DNA of 57,063 bases from Patescibacteria group bacterium (GTDB lineage: Bacteria; Patescibacteriota; JABMPQ01). The position numbers were made by a program, and so were the translations under genes. The stretch lies in NCBI GenBank assembly GCA_041749335.1, contig JBGTBM010000004.1:1-57063 (forward strand), given 5' to 3'. Below the pieces are notes generated by a model that had not been told where the DNA came from, ran no database searches, and was given only the letters and a program-made list of their open reading frames with translations. This document shows positions 8,468-19,187 of this stretch, piece after piece. The stretch's first letter is position 1. Each line of letters begins with the position of its first letter.

Positions 8468-9532
8468 TTATTCAAATTTCCCGGTTTTGATCCACCTTTC
8501 AACCTTGTCAGGTGAATATTTATCTTCCTCAATCTTTTTATAATTCTCCTGAATATCTTCCGAAGAATAGATGATATTATTTTCCGACGGCACCCGTTCG
8601 TCCTGCAACTCTATTTTAGAAATACCCAAACTATCCATACCAGATGCTAATCTGCTTTTAACTTCTTTTTTGGGAATCTGTTTTATTTCTTTGGGTTCAA
8701 TTCTAATATTTATTGGAGAAGCGATGGGTTGCTCCACATTTTTTTTATATTCCTTTAGCTCGGAGGCAATTCTTTCCTTAACCTTACTAACCGAAGTTTT
8801 TTGTGGTTCTATTCTTTTTTCTAATTTTTTTATTATGGAATGAGAACTCTTTTCCAATTTTTTATCTTTTTTATTTTCAATCTTTGGCATGGTTTTTACT
8901 TTCATTCCGGCGGTGTATTTTTCCCTTGGTTTCCTTTCGCTTAATAAAAATATTATCGCTAACGAGGTCATTAATCCTAAAATAAAGCCGGCAAAAATAT
9001 TTAGTGCAATATTGGGCCGCGCAATCTTATCAGTTGTAATCGGAGCGTCAATTAATTTGGTTTCAATTTGAGATTCAGCCCCATGATATTGCTTGCCATT
9101 ATTAATTACTACATAAGCTATTGCGTAAGCTAATTGTTCGGCTTGGTTTCTATTTTTATCATAAACATCAATCTGCAAGGTTCCGGTATCGCCAACCACC
9201 CGAGCATCTACTGCTTTTTCCCATTCTTTCTTCCTCTCCTCTAAATCTTTGCTATATGTATTTTTATCAATTTCAAAACCAGAAGACATTACCTGGTCAA
9301 AAAAAGTGCTGGTATATATTACCTTTGATAATATGCCCGCAACCGTTTCTGCCGAACGCGTCGCTGTGTAAGCATCAGCATTATCTTTTTGTTTTTGAAT
9401 CACCAAAAGTTGAACAGTAGATTGATATTCAGGCGTTTGGATAATGCTAACAATAAAACTGGCTATAGTTACTATTACTACGGCTGATGCGATTATATAC
9501 CAATATTTTTTTACAGCATTAAAAAAATTCAT
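8468..9532 (-). CDS. Wzz/CapA-like chain-length determinant protein
   Basis: Two TM helices; PEYQSTVQLLV and P..RPN motifs; charged tail. Confidence 0.75.
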   Translation of the reverse strand: MNFFNAVKKYWYIIASAVVIVTIASFIVSIIQTPEYQSTVQLLVIQKQKDNADAYTATRSAETVAGILSKVIYTSTFFDQVMSSGFEIDKNTYSKDLEERKKEWEKAVDARVVGDTGTLQIDVYDKNRNQAEQLAYAIAYVVINNGKQYHGAESQIETKLIDAPITTDKIARPNIALNIFAGFILGLMTSLAIIFLLSERKPREKYTAGMKVKTMPKIENKKDKKLEKSSHSIIKKLEKRIEPQKTSVSKVKERIASELKEYKKNVEQPIASPINIRIEPKEIKQIPKKEVKSRLASGMDSLGISKIELQDERVPSENNIIYSSEDIQENYKKIEEDKYSPDKVERWIKTGKFE

Positions 9533-9596
9533 AATAATTTCTATCTTTTCATATTGCTAATAGTATATCATATAAATCTTAATAAGTCAAATTTTT

Positions 9597-10445
9597 CTAT
9601 TCTTTGTATTTTCCCCTGATATAATTTATGCGAATCTTTATTAATTCTTTAAAAGATTTAAAAGTATCCTTGAGCGGGTTAACCTTTGAACCTTGATCTT
9701 CATCATACCAGTCAACCGGGACTTCAATTATTTTAAAACCTAATTTTTGAGAAATTAGTAAGAGTTCGTCGTCAAAGCCAAATCCGTCCAATCTTTGCAG
9801 AGGATAAACCTTTTTGGCTGCTTTTTTGGAGTAAGCTTTAAAACCACATCTGGTATCGTTATAATCCAATCCTAAAACTATATATAGCAACAGGTTTCCT
9901 CCGCGAGCCATCAGTCTTCTTATCCATGGTTGTTTTTTCTTTACCTGGCTTAACTTTGTCTGCCCGGTAAACAATACCTCAAAAACGCTTTTTACACGTT
10001 TCCAAAATCCAGGCCAAAATTTATTGCTTGGCACTAGAGGTTTATCGGTATACCTGGAACCGATCACAACGTCATAACCCTTTTCAAAATATGGAGCTAA
10101 TTTATCAAATTCTCTTATATCAGTAGAGCTATCGGCATCCATAAAAAGAATTGTATCGCCCTGCGCCAGTTCCATTCCCCTATTAACTGCATCGCCCTTG
10201 CCAAAACGCGCTTTTCTTTTTTCAAATGAAAGTTTAGCTAAATCATAATTAGCTTCCTGATCAATTTCACCCTCCATCTTTCTAACTATTTCTTCTGTTT
10301 TATCCCTAGATCCATCATCACAGACAATTATTTCAGATCGGTAATTCTGCTTTAGGATAAATTCTTTAATTTTATTTAATGTGCGCTCAATTCTTTTTTC
10401 TTCATTATAAGTTGGCACAATAACAGATAATTTAATGTTTTCCAT
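9597..10445 (-). CDS. GT2 glycosyltransferase (dolichyl-phosphate glucosyltransferase-like)
   Basis: VPTYNEE, DDGS.D, DAD and DTRCGFK motifs. Confidence 0.9.
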   Translation of the reverse strand: MENIKLSVIVPTYNEEKRIERTLNKIKEFILKQNYRSEIIVCDDGSRDKTEEIVRKMEGEIDQEANYDLAKLSFEKRKARFGKGDAVNRGMELAQGDTILFMDADSSTDIREFDKLAPYFEKGYDVVIGSRYTDKPLVPSNKFWPGFWKRVKSVFEVLFTGQTKLSQVKKKQPWIRRLMARGGNLLLYIVLGLDYNDTRCGFKAYSKKAAKKVYPLQRLDGFGFDDELLLISQKLGFKIIEVPVDWYDEDQGSKVNPLKDTFKSFKELIKIRINYIRGKYKE

Positions 10446-10446
10446 A

Positions 10447-10857
10447 CTAGTGATTATTAACTTTATCTAAATAGTCCTGCAGTATTATTTGCGCGGATAC
10501 AATATCTCTATGTCCAATCTTACTATTTTTTTTGTTTTTAATAAATGTATCCGCTAATTTTGATGAATAGCGTTCATCAACTTTTTCAATATTAATTTTA
10601 ATGCTTTTTTTAAGATTTTCTAAAAATTCTAAAGTTTCAGCAGTTTGGCTAGTAATAACGTTTTTAAGTCCGAGGGGAATGCCTATTATTATTGATTTAA
10701 TATCATTCTCATCAACAAGTTTTTCAATTTCAAAAATACTATCATCCACAGACTTATTAAAAATTACCTTAAAGCCCAGAGCTATTTTATTGGAATGATC
10801 TGAAATCGCCACGCCGATTCTTTTTTTCCCATAGTCAAGTGCAAGTATTCTTGGCAT
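10447..10857 (-). CDS. ruvX: YqgF/RuvX nuclease
   Basis: LALDYGKKRIGVA, DERYSS. Confidence 0.92.
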   Translation of the reverse strand: MPRILALDYGKKRIGVAISDHSNKIALGFKVIFNKSVDDSIFEIEKLVDENDIKSIIIGIPLGLKNVITSQTAETLEFLENLKKSIKINIEKVDERYSSKLADTFIKNKKNSKIGHRDIVSAQIILQDYLDKVNNH

Positions 10858-11601
10858 TTATTTTGTTAATATTTCAAATCCATTTTTGGTAACAACCACC
10901 GTATGCTCGAAATGAGCAGAAAGCGAATTATCTTGAGTTAAAAAGGTCCAACCATCCTTCGCCAGTTTCACTCGATAACTACCAATATTGACCATCGGTT
11001 CAATCGCCAAAACCATTCCCTCTTTCATAATGGGACCGCCATTTCCCTTTCCAAAATTAGGTATTTGCGGATCTTCATGCACTTTATAGCCAACCCCATG
11101 ACCGGTTAAATCCCTGACAACCGAATAGCCTTGAGATTCAACATACTTTTGTATCGCTTCAGATATTACTCCAATCCGCAATCCCGGATAAATGCTTTTA
11201 ATGCCAACGTTTAGCGCGTTCCTGGTGATTTTAATTAGTTTTTTTGCTGATTGAGATATTTTCCCTACACCAACGGTAACTGCATGATCCGTAAATAATC
11301 CCCTATATTTCAAGCCAAAATCCAAACCGACTATGTCTCCTTCTCTTAATATTTTATCAAATGGGAATCCATGTACAACCTCATTATTGATTGACACGCA
11401 TAAATTAGCCGGAAATCCGTTATAGCCCTTGAAAGATGGAATGGCGTTGTTTTTTTTGGCTAATATTCCAGCCATCAAATCAAGTTCAGAGGCATTTATT
11501 CCGGGTTTTATATTTTTTGATAAATCCTTAATAATATCGGCCAATATTTTGCCGCCCTCCTTTAATAATTTTATTTCTTCTTTTGTTTTATAAGTTATCA
11601 T
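10858..11601 (-). CDS. map: Methionine aminopeptidase type I
   Basis: GHGVG..HE.P, EPM, SAHFEHT. Confidence 0.97.
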   Translation of the reverse strand: MITYKTKEEIKLLKEGGKILADIIKDLSKNIKPGINASELDLMAGILAKKNNAIPSFKGYNGFPANLCVSINNEVVHGFPFDKILREGDIVGLDFGLKYRGLFTDHAVTVGVGKISQSAKKLIKITRNALNVGIKSIYPGLRIGVISEAIQKYVESQGYSVVRDLTGHGVGYKVHEDPQIPNFGKGNGGPIMKEGMVLAIEPMVNIGSYRVKLAKDGWTFLTQDNSLSAHFEHTVVVTKNGFEILTK

Positions 11602-11662
11602 GTTTAAAAAAAGTCATGAAAATGACTTTTAATTAATTATTCCGATAAAGTTTTTACTGGTT

Positions 11663-12334
11663 TTATACATATAAAGCTATGTTCTCCATAATATCTTCAT
11701 AAACCTTCTCTAAATCCTGATTGCCGTCTATGTCATATAATACATTACGTGATCGATATTCTTTAGCTACCGGAACCACTTTTTTATGCGCCCATTCTAA
11801 TCTTTCTTTAACTTTCTCCGGAGCATCGTCTGCCCGCTTAATCAATTTGCCTGAGCATTTCGGACATTTACCTCCTTCTTTTAATCCATTTTCCTTATAA
11901 TTATTCTTACATGTACTGCAAACTAATCTTTTACTTAATCTATCGATAGTAATTTTTTCAGGCACATCAATATTAAACACCATAATATTTTTTCTATTCA
12001 AATCATTGAAGATTTTATCAAGGTCCTTAACTTGATTCAGGGTTCTGGGATAACCGTCAATGATTAATTTTTGCCTAGAGTCCAATTGATATATTTTTTT
12101 TGTTAACAATTTGCTGGCAATATCATCCGGCAACAGTTTTCCTTCAACCATAATGGTTTTATAAATAAATCTTCCTATGTCTGTATCTTTTTTTGCCTCT
12201 TCTCTCAATATTTTGCCCATTTCAATACATTCAAAACCCAGGCGTTCAATCAACAGCCTGGCTTGTGTTCCTTTTCCTGAACCCGATGGTCCAATCAATA
12301 ATATGGTTAATGGATTTTTATTTTCCTTAGCCAC
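11663..12334 (-). CDS. adk: Adenylate kinase with Zn-type LID
   Basis: GPSGSGKGTQ, DGYPR, CxxC...CxxC. Confidence 0.95.
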   Translation of the reverse strand: MAKENKNPLTILLIGPSGSGKGTQARLLIERLGFECIEMGKILREEAKKDTDIGRFIYKTIMVEGKLLPDDIASKLLTKKIYQLDSRQKLIIDGYPRTLNQVKDLDKIFNDLNRKNIMVFNIDVPEKITIDRLSKRLVCSTCKNNYKENGLKEGGKCPKCSGKLIKRADDAPEKVKERLEWAHKKVVPVAKEYRSRNVLYDIDGNQDLEKVYEDIMENIALYV

Positions 12335-12345
12335 TTATTTATTTA

Positions 12346-13626
12346 TTAATAAAAACTGTCGTAATCCCGCATGACAACTTGCGACTCAATTTGTTTTACG
12401 GTTTCAATAACAACAGACACCACAATCAATATTCCTGTTCCTCCAATAACCAAAGATGGAATATCTGTTATGACCTTCATGATAAACGGCAATACCGCCA
12501 CTAAACCTAGAAATAATGCTCCGGTTAAAGTAATTCGATTTAAAATTCTATGCAAATATTCAGAAGTATTTCGCCCCGGCCGAATTCCTGGAATAAATCC
12601 TCCTTGTTTTTGGATATTTTCTGAAATTTGCTTTGGATCAAAAGTAACCGCGGTATAAAAATATGTGAAAAGAACCACTAAAATAAAATATAGTACTCCG
12701 TAAAAAAACTGATTATCAAATAAAGATGTGACTCCTTGCGCTGCCTTGGCAATCGTTTCATTCTGAGAATTAACAAAGAAATTTGCCACCATTCCCGGGA
12801 ATATCATTATTGACATAGCAAATATAATCGGTATTACTCCGGCCTGATTAACTTTTAGGGGGATATGTGAAGCGCTTCCTCCATACATTTTAGTACCTCG
12901 CACTTGCCGCGCAAAAGAAACTGGAATATTACGCTGGCCTTCGGTAATAAATACAATTCCAGCCACGACCACAACAGCGATTACCGCAAAAATTATTAAA
13001 TCAAATAATTTGGATGAATCAAAGCTTACTATTGTTTGCTGGATTGCTTGCGGTATAGCGCTAACTATTCCGGCAAAAATTATTAAAGAAATTCCATTCC
13101 CAATCCCATTTTCTGTTATTAGCTCTCCAATCCACATCAAAAATACCGTACCGGCAGTCATCACCAATAAGGTTGTAATTAAGTTAAAGATTGAGATATC
13201 GCCTATAATCTGCTGACCGGATCTTTGCAATAAAGTGATCATTGCATAGGCTTGTAGCGCCGCTAAAGGTACGGTTAAATATCTGGTAATTTGATTAATT
13301 TTTTGTCGCCCAGCCTCTCCCTCTTCACTCTTCAATTTTTCTAAAGCCGGAACAACCATAGTTAAAAGCTGCATAATAATGGAGGCGGTAATATATGGAC
13401 CTACGCCCAATGCTACCACTGAAAAATTGTCCATAGCGCCACCGGTAAACATATTCAAAAGTCCAAAAATTTGGTTATTTTCAAAAAATTTCTTCAGTAT
13501 GGTAACATCTACGCCCGGAACCGGAATATGCGCCGCCAAACGGAAAATAACCAACATTATCAATACATAGAATATTTTTTTTCTAAGATCTTTAATTTTA
13601 AATATTTGCTTTATTTTCTCTAACAT
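12346..13626 (-). CDS. secY: Preprotein translocase SecY
   Basis: LGVGPYITASII, GIGNGISL, IPGIRPG; likely start MLEKIKQ. Confidence 0.97.
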   Translation of the reverse strand: MLEKIKQIFKIKDLRKKIFYVLIMLVIFRLAAHIPVPGVDVTILKKFFENNQIFGLLNMFTGGAMDNFSVVALGVGPYITASIIMQLLTMVVPALEKLKSEEGEAGRQKINQITRYLTVPLAALQAYAMITLLQRSGQQIIGDISIFNLITTLLVMTAGTVFLMWIGELITENGIGNGISLIIFAGIVSAIPQAIQQTIVSFDSSKLFDLIIFAVIAVVVVAGIVFITEGQRNIPVSFARQVRGTKMYGGSASHIPLKVNQAGVIPIIFAMSIMIFPGMVANFFVNSQNETIAKAAQGVTSLFDNQFFYGVLYFILVVLFTYFYTAVTFDPKQISENIQKQGGFIPGIRPGRNTSEYLHRILNRITLTGALFLGLVAVLPFIMKVITDIPSLVIGGTGILIVVSVVIETVKQIESQVVMRDYDSFY

Positions 13627-13640
13627 AAAATTCTTATTTA

Positions 13641-14291
13641 TTATTCCAAAATAAACCACCACCAAAAATCAAATCTTTTGCTGCCGTCAGGTTTTTTTAT
13701 CAATCTCTTTTGAGCCTCCTGATTAATAAATTTAAACCTTTCATCGTTTTCTATAATATATTTGCGGAATATTACATCAAGTCCGCCGATTTCTTGACAA
13801 AATTTATCAGTAATATCACAAGTTTCTATTCGATCTTCCCGCTTGGACCATCTGCCTGTCCAAATATCCATCTCATCATAAAGATATTTTATTTCATCTC
13901 TTAGATCCAGCATTTTAAGTACATACTCATTTGAACTTGTTGCTATATCTTGAATAAAAATCTTATATTCCGCGATTCTAGCATCTAATGATTTTTTAAT
14001 ATATCCGATCATTTCATCGTTGCTGATTTTATCAAAAATAACATATAGTTGCTGATACATTCCGTTTCTTTCGTTTTTCATTTGTATAAAGAGCTTTTGG
14101 CTAATTTCCTTATTCGGTATTCCATATTGTTCTTCAAAAAAATCAATTTGATTATTTAATTTCTGTGCCATTATCAAAGATTCAGTAATAACAGCGTAAT
14201 TTAATTCAGCTTCTTTAATGCTAATCGCAAGCCTGTCTTTTGTTTCCTTGATGGCCTGCCAGTCTATTTCAATTTGTTTTTCTTTTTTCAT
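13641..14291 (-). CDS. Hypothetical helical protein inserted between rplO and secY
   Basis: Long ORF overlapping the rplO end; C-terminal FWWW; start uncertain (14291 or 14312). Confidence 0.65.
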   Translation of the reverse strand: MKKEKQIEIDWQAIKETKDRLAISIKEAELNYAVITESLIMAQKLNNQIDFFEEQYGIPNKEISQKLFIQMKNERNGMYQQLYVIFDKISNDEMIGYIKKSLDARIAEYKIFIQDIATSSNEYVLKMLDLRDEIKYLYDEMDIWTGRWSKREDRIETCDITDKFCQEIGGLDVIFRKYIIENDERFKFINQEAQKRLIKKPDGSKRFDFWWWFILE

Positions 14292-14760
14292 TCTTATTTT
14301 TTTCTTTTTCAAGAACTTCAGTCAAACTTATTTCTCCGCCTAAATTTTTAATTTTTTTAATCGCTCCTTTTGTTGCTCTATCAATCTTTATATTAAATTT
14401 CTTTTTTGTATCTCCGGTATTAATAAGTTTTACGGGAAATTTTTCGGTTTTTATAATTCCGGCCTTTTTTAATTCTTTTTTATTAATTGTGTCGCCGTCC
14501 TTAAAATTTTTATTTAAAACAAATATGGAGATTTCTTGTATTTTATTTTTTATGCCCTTGAACCCCTTTTTTTTGGGAATTAATCTTACTAATGGGGTTT
14601 TACCGCCTTCAAAACCAGGATAAAAACTCGATCCTGTGCGTGATTTTTGTCCTTTCATGCCACGGCCTGAATAAGTCCCTAAGCCCGACCCATAACCTCG
14701 GCCCACTCTCTTTTTCCTTTTTTTTGCTCCTGCTGCTGGTTTTAATTGGTGTAATTTCAT
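14269..14760 (-). CDS. rplO: 50S ribosomal protein L15
   Basis: RVGRG.GSG.G..SGRG.KGQ, FEGG. Confidence 0.97.
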   Translation of the reverse strand: MKLHQLKPAAGAKKRKKRVGRGYGSGLGTYSGRGMKGQKSRTGSSFYPGFEGGKTPLVRLIPKKKGFKGIKNKIQEISIFVLNKNFKDGDTINKKELKKAGIIKTEKFPVKLINTGDTKKKFNIKIDRATKGAIKKIKNLGGEISLTEVLEKEKNKNEKRKTN

Positions 14761-14777
14761 TTTCTTATAATAAAATA

Positions 14778-15326
14778 TTAATTCTTGTTTAATTCATTAA
14801 CGATGGCTTTCCCAAAATCCTCAGAAGCTTCTACGCCCCTGGCAGTAATTATTCCGCCATCAACAACAACATCTTGCTCAATATAAATTACTTCTTCTTG
14901 CTCAAAAACTTCTCTGCCGCCTTTATCAGTTTCAGAAACATAGACTGTGGCTTTTTTATTTTTTAATACACCGGCTTTCGCTAATATTTGGGGAGCCATG
15001 CAGATCGCGCATAATAATTTATTGGCTTCGATGGCTTGGCGGCATATTGCATAAGCGTCTGAGCTGTTTAGATATTCAACTGCTCCCGGCCCGCCAATAA
15101 ATACCACTGCGTCAAATTCTGAAGCTCTTATATTATTAATCAATAAATCTATTTTAATCTCTCCCCCATATTTTCCGCGCGCCGTACCTAAGGATGAACT
15201 GCATACTTCCACTTTTGCTCCGCTTACCTTAATAATATTTTTAACATTGCGATACTCAAAATCTTGATAATCATTATATGCCACAATAAATAAAACTCTT
15301 TTTTCCTTTAATGCTTTATCGGACAT
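14778..15326 (-). CDS. DJ-1/PfpI family protein
   Basis: D.E, FIGGPG, AICMAP, DG.IITARG. Confidence 0.9.
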   Translation of the reverse strand: MSDKALKEKRVLFIVAYNDYQDFEYRNVKNIIKVSGAKVEVCSSSLGTARGKYGGEIKIDLLINNIRASEFDAVVFIGGPGAVEYLNSSDAYAICRQAIEANKLLCAICMAPQILAKAGVLKNKKATVYVSETDKGGREVFEQEEVIYIEQDVVVDGGIITARGVEASEDFGKAIVNELNKN

Positions 15327-15329
15327 AAT

Positions 15330-15884
15330 TTATTTTTTAACATTTTTTTCTTCCCGAACTCCATTTTCAGATTTTATTTCTTTCTTATCTTTGTTCTTTG
15401 ACGACTTATCTTTTTCTAACAATATCACCTCGGTAGTTCTTAAATTTTTCAATGCACTAATAGTAGCTTGAACATTATTGGTTTTATTAGAAGATCCCTG
15501 CATTTTGCTAACAATATCTTTAATGCCAGCCAATTCAATCACGGATCTAACGGCTCCACCGGCAATAATACCGGTACCGGGACGAGCAGGTTTTAAAAAT
15601 ATTTTAGCCGCTCCAAGCTTAACTAAAACCTCATGAGGAATAGTCCCATTGGTTATAGGAACCGTGATCATGTTTTTCTTAGCTTGAGTTACCGCCTTAG
15701 ATACCGCGCTGGAAACGTCAGATGCCTTACCAATCGCTACTCCTACTCGGCCCCTTTTATCCCCGATGGCAACTGTTGCTCTAAATCTAAACCTTCTGCC
15801 TCCGGCTACAATCCTAACTACACGCGCAATATCAATTATTTTTTGATCAAATTCACTTTTTTCTTTTTTGTTAAATTTTTTCAT
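15330..15884 (-). CDS. rpsE: 30S ribosomal protein S5
   Basis: GGRRFRF, PGTGIIAGG. Confidence 0.97.
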   Translation of the reverse strand: MKKFNKKEKSEFDQKIIDIARVVRIVAGGRRFRFRATVAIGDKRGRVGVAIGKASDVSSAVSKAVTQAKKNMITVPITNGTIPHEVLVKLGAAKIFLKPARPGTGIIAGGAVRSVIELAGIKDIVSKMQGSSNKTNNVQATISALKNLRTTEVILLEKDKSSKNKDKKEIKSENGVREEKNVKK

Positions 15885-15892
15885 GAATTATT

Positions 15893-16255
15893 TTAAAATT
15901 TTAAACCGCCTTTTCTGGCGCCTTCCGCTACTGCTTTAATCAGTCCATGATATTTAAATCCTCCTCGATCAAAAACAACATCTTCTATTTTTAAATTTAA
16001 TGCCTTGGCTGCTATTTCTTTACCTACCATTTCCGCTTCTTCAATATTAACATTTTTAGTCAGATCTTTGCCTTTCTTTATATGAATATCAGAAACTGAA
16101 GCTATTGTTACGCCCTTCTCATCATTAATTAGCTGCGCATTAATATGGCGATTGCTTTTAAATATAGCAAGTCTTGGTCTAGTTATAGTTCCAGAAATTT
16201 TCACTCTTATCCTGCTATGTCTTCTTTTTCTTTGGTTAGATTTAACGTTTTTCAT
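15893..16255 (-). CDS. rplR: 50S ribosomal protein L18
   Basis: RPRL, VFDRGGFKYHG. Confidence 0.97.
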   Translation of the reverse strand: MKNVKSNQRKRRHSRIRVKISGTITRPRLAIFKSNRHINAQLINDEKGVTIASVSDIHIKKGKDLTKNVNIEEAEMVGKEIAAKALNLKIEDVVFDRGGFKYHGLIKAVAEGARKGGLKF

Positions 16256-16263
16256 ATTTTTTA

Positions 16264-16824
16264 TTATTCACCGCCCCCCTCAGAACCAACTACTTTCTTT
16301 CCTGCCTTTTTTCTAATATGTTCATCGATGTATTTTATACCCTTACCCTTGTAAGGCTCCGGTTTTTTATATTCTCTAATTCTTGCGGCAAATTGGCCTA
16401 CTTCTTGTTTATTAATACCCGCTATAGTAATAACGTTTTTTTCCACTTTTACTTCTATATTTCCAGGAATTTCAACTTCAACCGGATGAGAAAATCCCAG
16501 ATTGAGCGTTAACTTTTTTCCTGCCGATTGAGCATTGTAACCAACACCATTTATTTCTAATTTCTTCTCAAATCCTTCCTTAACTCCCTTTATCATATTG
16601 TTAATTAATGCCCTAGTCGTTCCCCATATTGCAGACAATTCGATCGAGTTGCTTTCTGTAGGAATAGATAAATTGATTAATTTATCCTTTATTTCAATTT
16701 TAACTCTTTTATCAAATACAAAATCCAATGTTCCCTTGGGGCCTTTGCATATAATTTTCCCGTCATCAATTTTGACTTCAACTTCCGCCGGTATATTTAT
16801 TTGTTGTCTTCCTATTCTCGACAT
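16264..16824 (-). CDS. rplF: 50S ribosomal protein L6
   Basis: MSRIG, PEPYKGKGI. Confidence 0.97.
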   Translation of the reverse strand: MSRIGRQQINIPAEVEVKIDDGKIICKGPKGTLDFVFDKRVKIEIKDKLINLSIPTESNSIELSAIWGTTRALINNMIKGVKEGFEKKLEINGVGYNAQSAGKKLTLNLGFSHPVEVEIPGNIEVKVEKNVITIAGINKQEVGQFAARIREYKKPEPYKGKGIKYIDEHIRKKAGKKVVGSEGGGE

Positions 16825-16837
16825 TATATTTAATTAT

Positions 16838-17227
16838 TTACCAAATTTCACAAACTACTTCACCGCCAATTTCCTTTTTTCTGGCTTCTTTGTTGGTTAT
16901 CAAACCTTGCGAAGTTGATATTATTGCTATTCCGGTATTCTGCATTACCCATGGCAAATCATCTTTGCTTCTATAAACCCTTTTGCCCGGCTTGCTAATT
17001 CTTTTAATAAACTTTATCACCGGCTGACTATTTTTATATTTTAAAGCAATTTTAATATTTTTTTGCGGCGCCTTGCCAATTAATTCAATATTTTTAACAA
17101 AGCCCTCTTTTTGTAAAATACCACCTAATTCAAATTTAACTTTTGAATAGGGCACTAAAACTTCTGCATGATTTATGCTTTGAGCATTTCTTATTCTTGT
17201 TAACATATCTGCGATTGGATCTGTCAT
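16838..17227 (-). CDS. rpsH: 30S ribosomal protein S8
   Basis: DPIADMLTRIRNA. Confidence 0.97.
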   Translation of the reverse strand: MTDPIADMLTRIRNAQSINHAEVLVPYSKVKFELGGILQKEGFVKNIELIGKAPQKNIKIALKYKNSQPVIKFIKRISKPGKRVYRSKDDLPWVMQNTGIAIISTSQGLITNKEARKKEIGGEVVCEIW

Positions 17228-17252
17228 AATAATATTTTTATAATTATTTAAA

Positions 17253-17438
17253 TTACCAGCTGGCTTTTTTCACTCCCGGTATTTTCCCCTTATTTGCTAA
17301 TTCCCTAAAACATATTCTACAAACTCCATATTTTCTCATATATCCATGTTTGCGTCCACAAAGCTCACACCTTCTTATGATGCGTGTTGAATATTTGGGA
17401 GTCTTATTCGCCTTTGCTATTAATGATTTTTTTGCCAT
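17253..17438 (-). CDS. rpsZ: 30S ribosomal protein S14, Zn-binding type Z
   Basis: RC..CGR...CRICFRE. Confidence 0.95.
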   Translation of the reverse strand: MAKKSLIAKANKTPKYSTRIIRRCELCGRKHGYMRKYGVCRICFRELANKGKIPGVKKASW

Positions 17439-17980
17439 TATTTTGCTTTAAAAGGAAATCCTAATAATTTTAACATCTTTAATGCCATTTCCTTATTGGT
17501 AGCATTAGTGTTTATGGTAATTTCTAATCCATGAATATGATCCACTTCATCTGCCTTAATTTCTGGAAAAACAATCTGCTCCTTCAAACCAATAGAATAA
17601 TTTCCGCCGTCATCTACGCTTTTAACTGATAGGCCTCTAAAATCTCTTATTCTGGGAAGAGTAACATTTATTAGCTTATCCAAAAATTGATACATTCTAT
17701 CCTTTCTTAATGTTACTTTTAAACCGACAACCTGTCCATCTCGTATACCAAAACCCGAAATAGCCTTTTTAGAATAGGTTTTTATTGGATATTGGCCGCT
17801 AACTTTTACCACGGTATTTATCATATAATCTAATAATTTTTTATCTTTAAGGGCCTGCCCGGTACCGACATTGATTACAACCTTCTTTATTTTTGGCACT
17901 TCAAAATCATTAGAAAGATTCAGATCTTTTTTCATTTTTGGCACAACTTCTTTTAGATAATATTCTTTTAAACGATTCAT
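17438..17980 (-). CDS. rplE: 50S ribosomal protein L5
   Basis: LPRIRDFRG. Confidence 0.97.
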   Translation of the reverse strand: MNRLKEYYLKEVVPKMKKDLNLSNDFEVPKIKKVVINVGTGQALKDKKLLDYMINTVVKVSGQYPIKTYSKKAISGFGIRDGQVVGLKVTLRKDRMYQFLDKLINVTLPRIRDFRGLSVKSVDDGGNYSIGLKEQIVFPEIKADEVDHIHGLEITINTNATNKEMALKMLKLLGFPFKAK

Positions 17981-17998
17981 ATAATTTTAATTTTTCAA

Positions 17999-18313
17999 TT
18001 AACTTAGAGCTTCATTGCATTTTTTACATATTCGCTGCTTCTTGCCTTTTTCTTCGGTATTTTTAATACCGACTCTCGTACTTTTATTACATTTTGGGCA
18101 TACGATCATAGCGTTAGAAACATTAATGGGAGCAAAAAATTCTATTCTCTGTCCTTTCTCTCCTTGTCTTCTTGGCTTAATATGTCTAATCATTTTATTT
18201 ACATTTTCTACCACAATTTTATTATCGCTCGCTAAAACCTGAGAAATTTTTCCCTTTTTACCTTTATCTTTTCCAGCTATTATCTGTACGTTATCGCCTT
18301 TTTTAAATTTCAT
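17999..18313 (-). CDS. rplX: 50S ribosomal protein L24
   Basis: KKGD.V.IIAGKDKGK. Confidence 0.97.
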   Translation of the reverse strand: MKFKKGDNVQIIAGKDKGKKGKISQVLASDNKIVVENVNKMIRHIKPRRQGEKGQRIEFFAPINVSNAMIVCPKCNKSTRVGIKNTEEKGKKQRICKKCNEALS

Positions 18314-18318
18314 ATATT

Positions 18319-18684
18319 TTATAATACTTCTTCTGCTAAAGATACAATTTTATTAAAACCCTTATTTTTCAATTCTTTCATAACCGGACCAAATACTCTG
18401 GTTCCTCGGGGTTCTTTACCTTCAATAATCACCGCCGCATTTTCATCAAATCTAATTACCGTGCCATCGGGGCGCTGATATGGCTTTTTTTGCCTTACCA
18501 TTACCGCTTTTACCACCTCTTTTTTCTTAACGGTGCCGCCGGGGATAGCTTCTTTGACCGATGCTACAAAAATATCACCGACCCTAGCAATACTTGGATG
18601 ACCCCCGCCCAAAAGCCTAAAACACTCAATTACTTTGGCTCCGGTATTGTCTGCTACTTTTAATTTTGATTCCGGTCTAATCAT
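18319..18684 (-). CDS. rplN: 50S ribosomal protein L14
   Basis: [16 protein letters not shown]. Confidence 0.97.
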   Translation of the reverse strand: MIRPESKLKVADNTGAKVIECFRLLGGGHPSIARVGDIFVASVKEAIPGGTVKKKEVVKAVMVRQKKPYQRPDGTVIRFDENAAVIIEGKEPRGTRVFGPVMKELKNKGFNKIVSLAEEVL

Positions 18685-18685
18685 A

Positions 18686-18961
18686 TTATTTGGTAATTAT
18701 TTTTATTACTCTCCACCTTTTATCTTTACTTAATGGCCGACATTGCTTAATTTCAACCAAATCACCAATCTTAAATTTATTTTCTTTGTCGTGCGCCTTG
18801 TATCTATCACTTACCTTGAATTTTTTTTCGTATTTTGGATGAAATTTTACTCTATCAACTTTAACAATTACAGTCTTGTCTGCTTTATCGCTTACAACCA
18901 CGCCTTGCAATATCTTAATATTCTTTTTTTTATTATTATTCTGGGTCATAATTTTATTCAT
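18686..18961 (-). CDS. rpsQ: 30S ribosomal protein S17
   Basis: GVVVSDK, CRPLSK.KRW. Confidence 0.96.
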   Translation of the reverse strand: MNKIMTQNNNKKKNIKILQGVVVSDKADKTVIVKVDRVKFHPKYEKKFKVSDRYKAHDKENKFKIGDLVEIKQCRPLSKDKRWRVIKIITK

Positions 18962-19187
18962 TAACTTTATTAGCGCTTTCTAAACCTATGCCGTTCCCGC
19001 TCAATCTTTTCTCATTTAAAATAGTTTTTATTCTAGCAATATTATTCTTTCTATTTCCGATTTCTTTAAAATTTTTAATTTGCTTGGATGCAACTTTAAA
19101 ACGAAGCTCTCTTAATTCATTTCTTTCTTGAGCTAATAATTTATGCAATTCCTTCTCATCTTTTGATCTTATATCAGTAATTTTCAT
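18954..19187 (-). CDS. rpmC: 50S ribosomal protein L29
   Basis: ELRF...IARIKT; operon position. Confidence 0.93.
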   Translation of the reverse strand: MKITDIRSKDEKELHKLLAQERNELRELRFKVASKQIKNFKEIGNRKNNIARIKTILNEKRLSGNGIGLESANKVNE

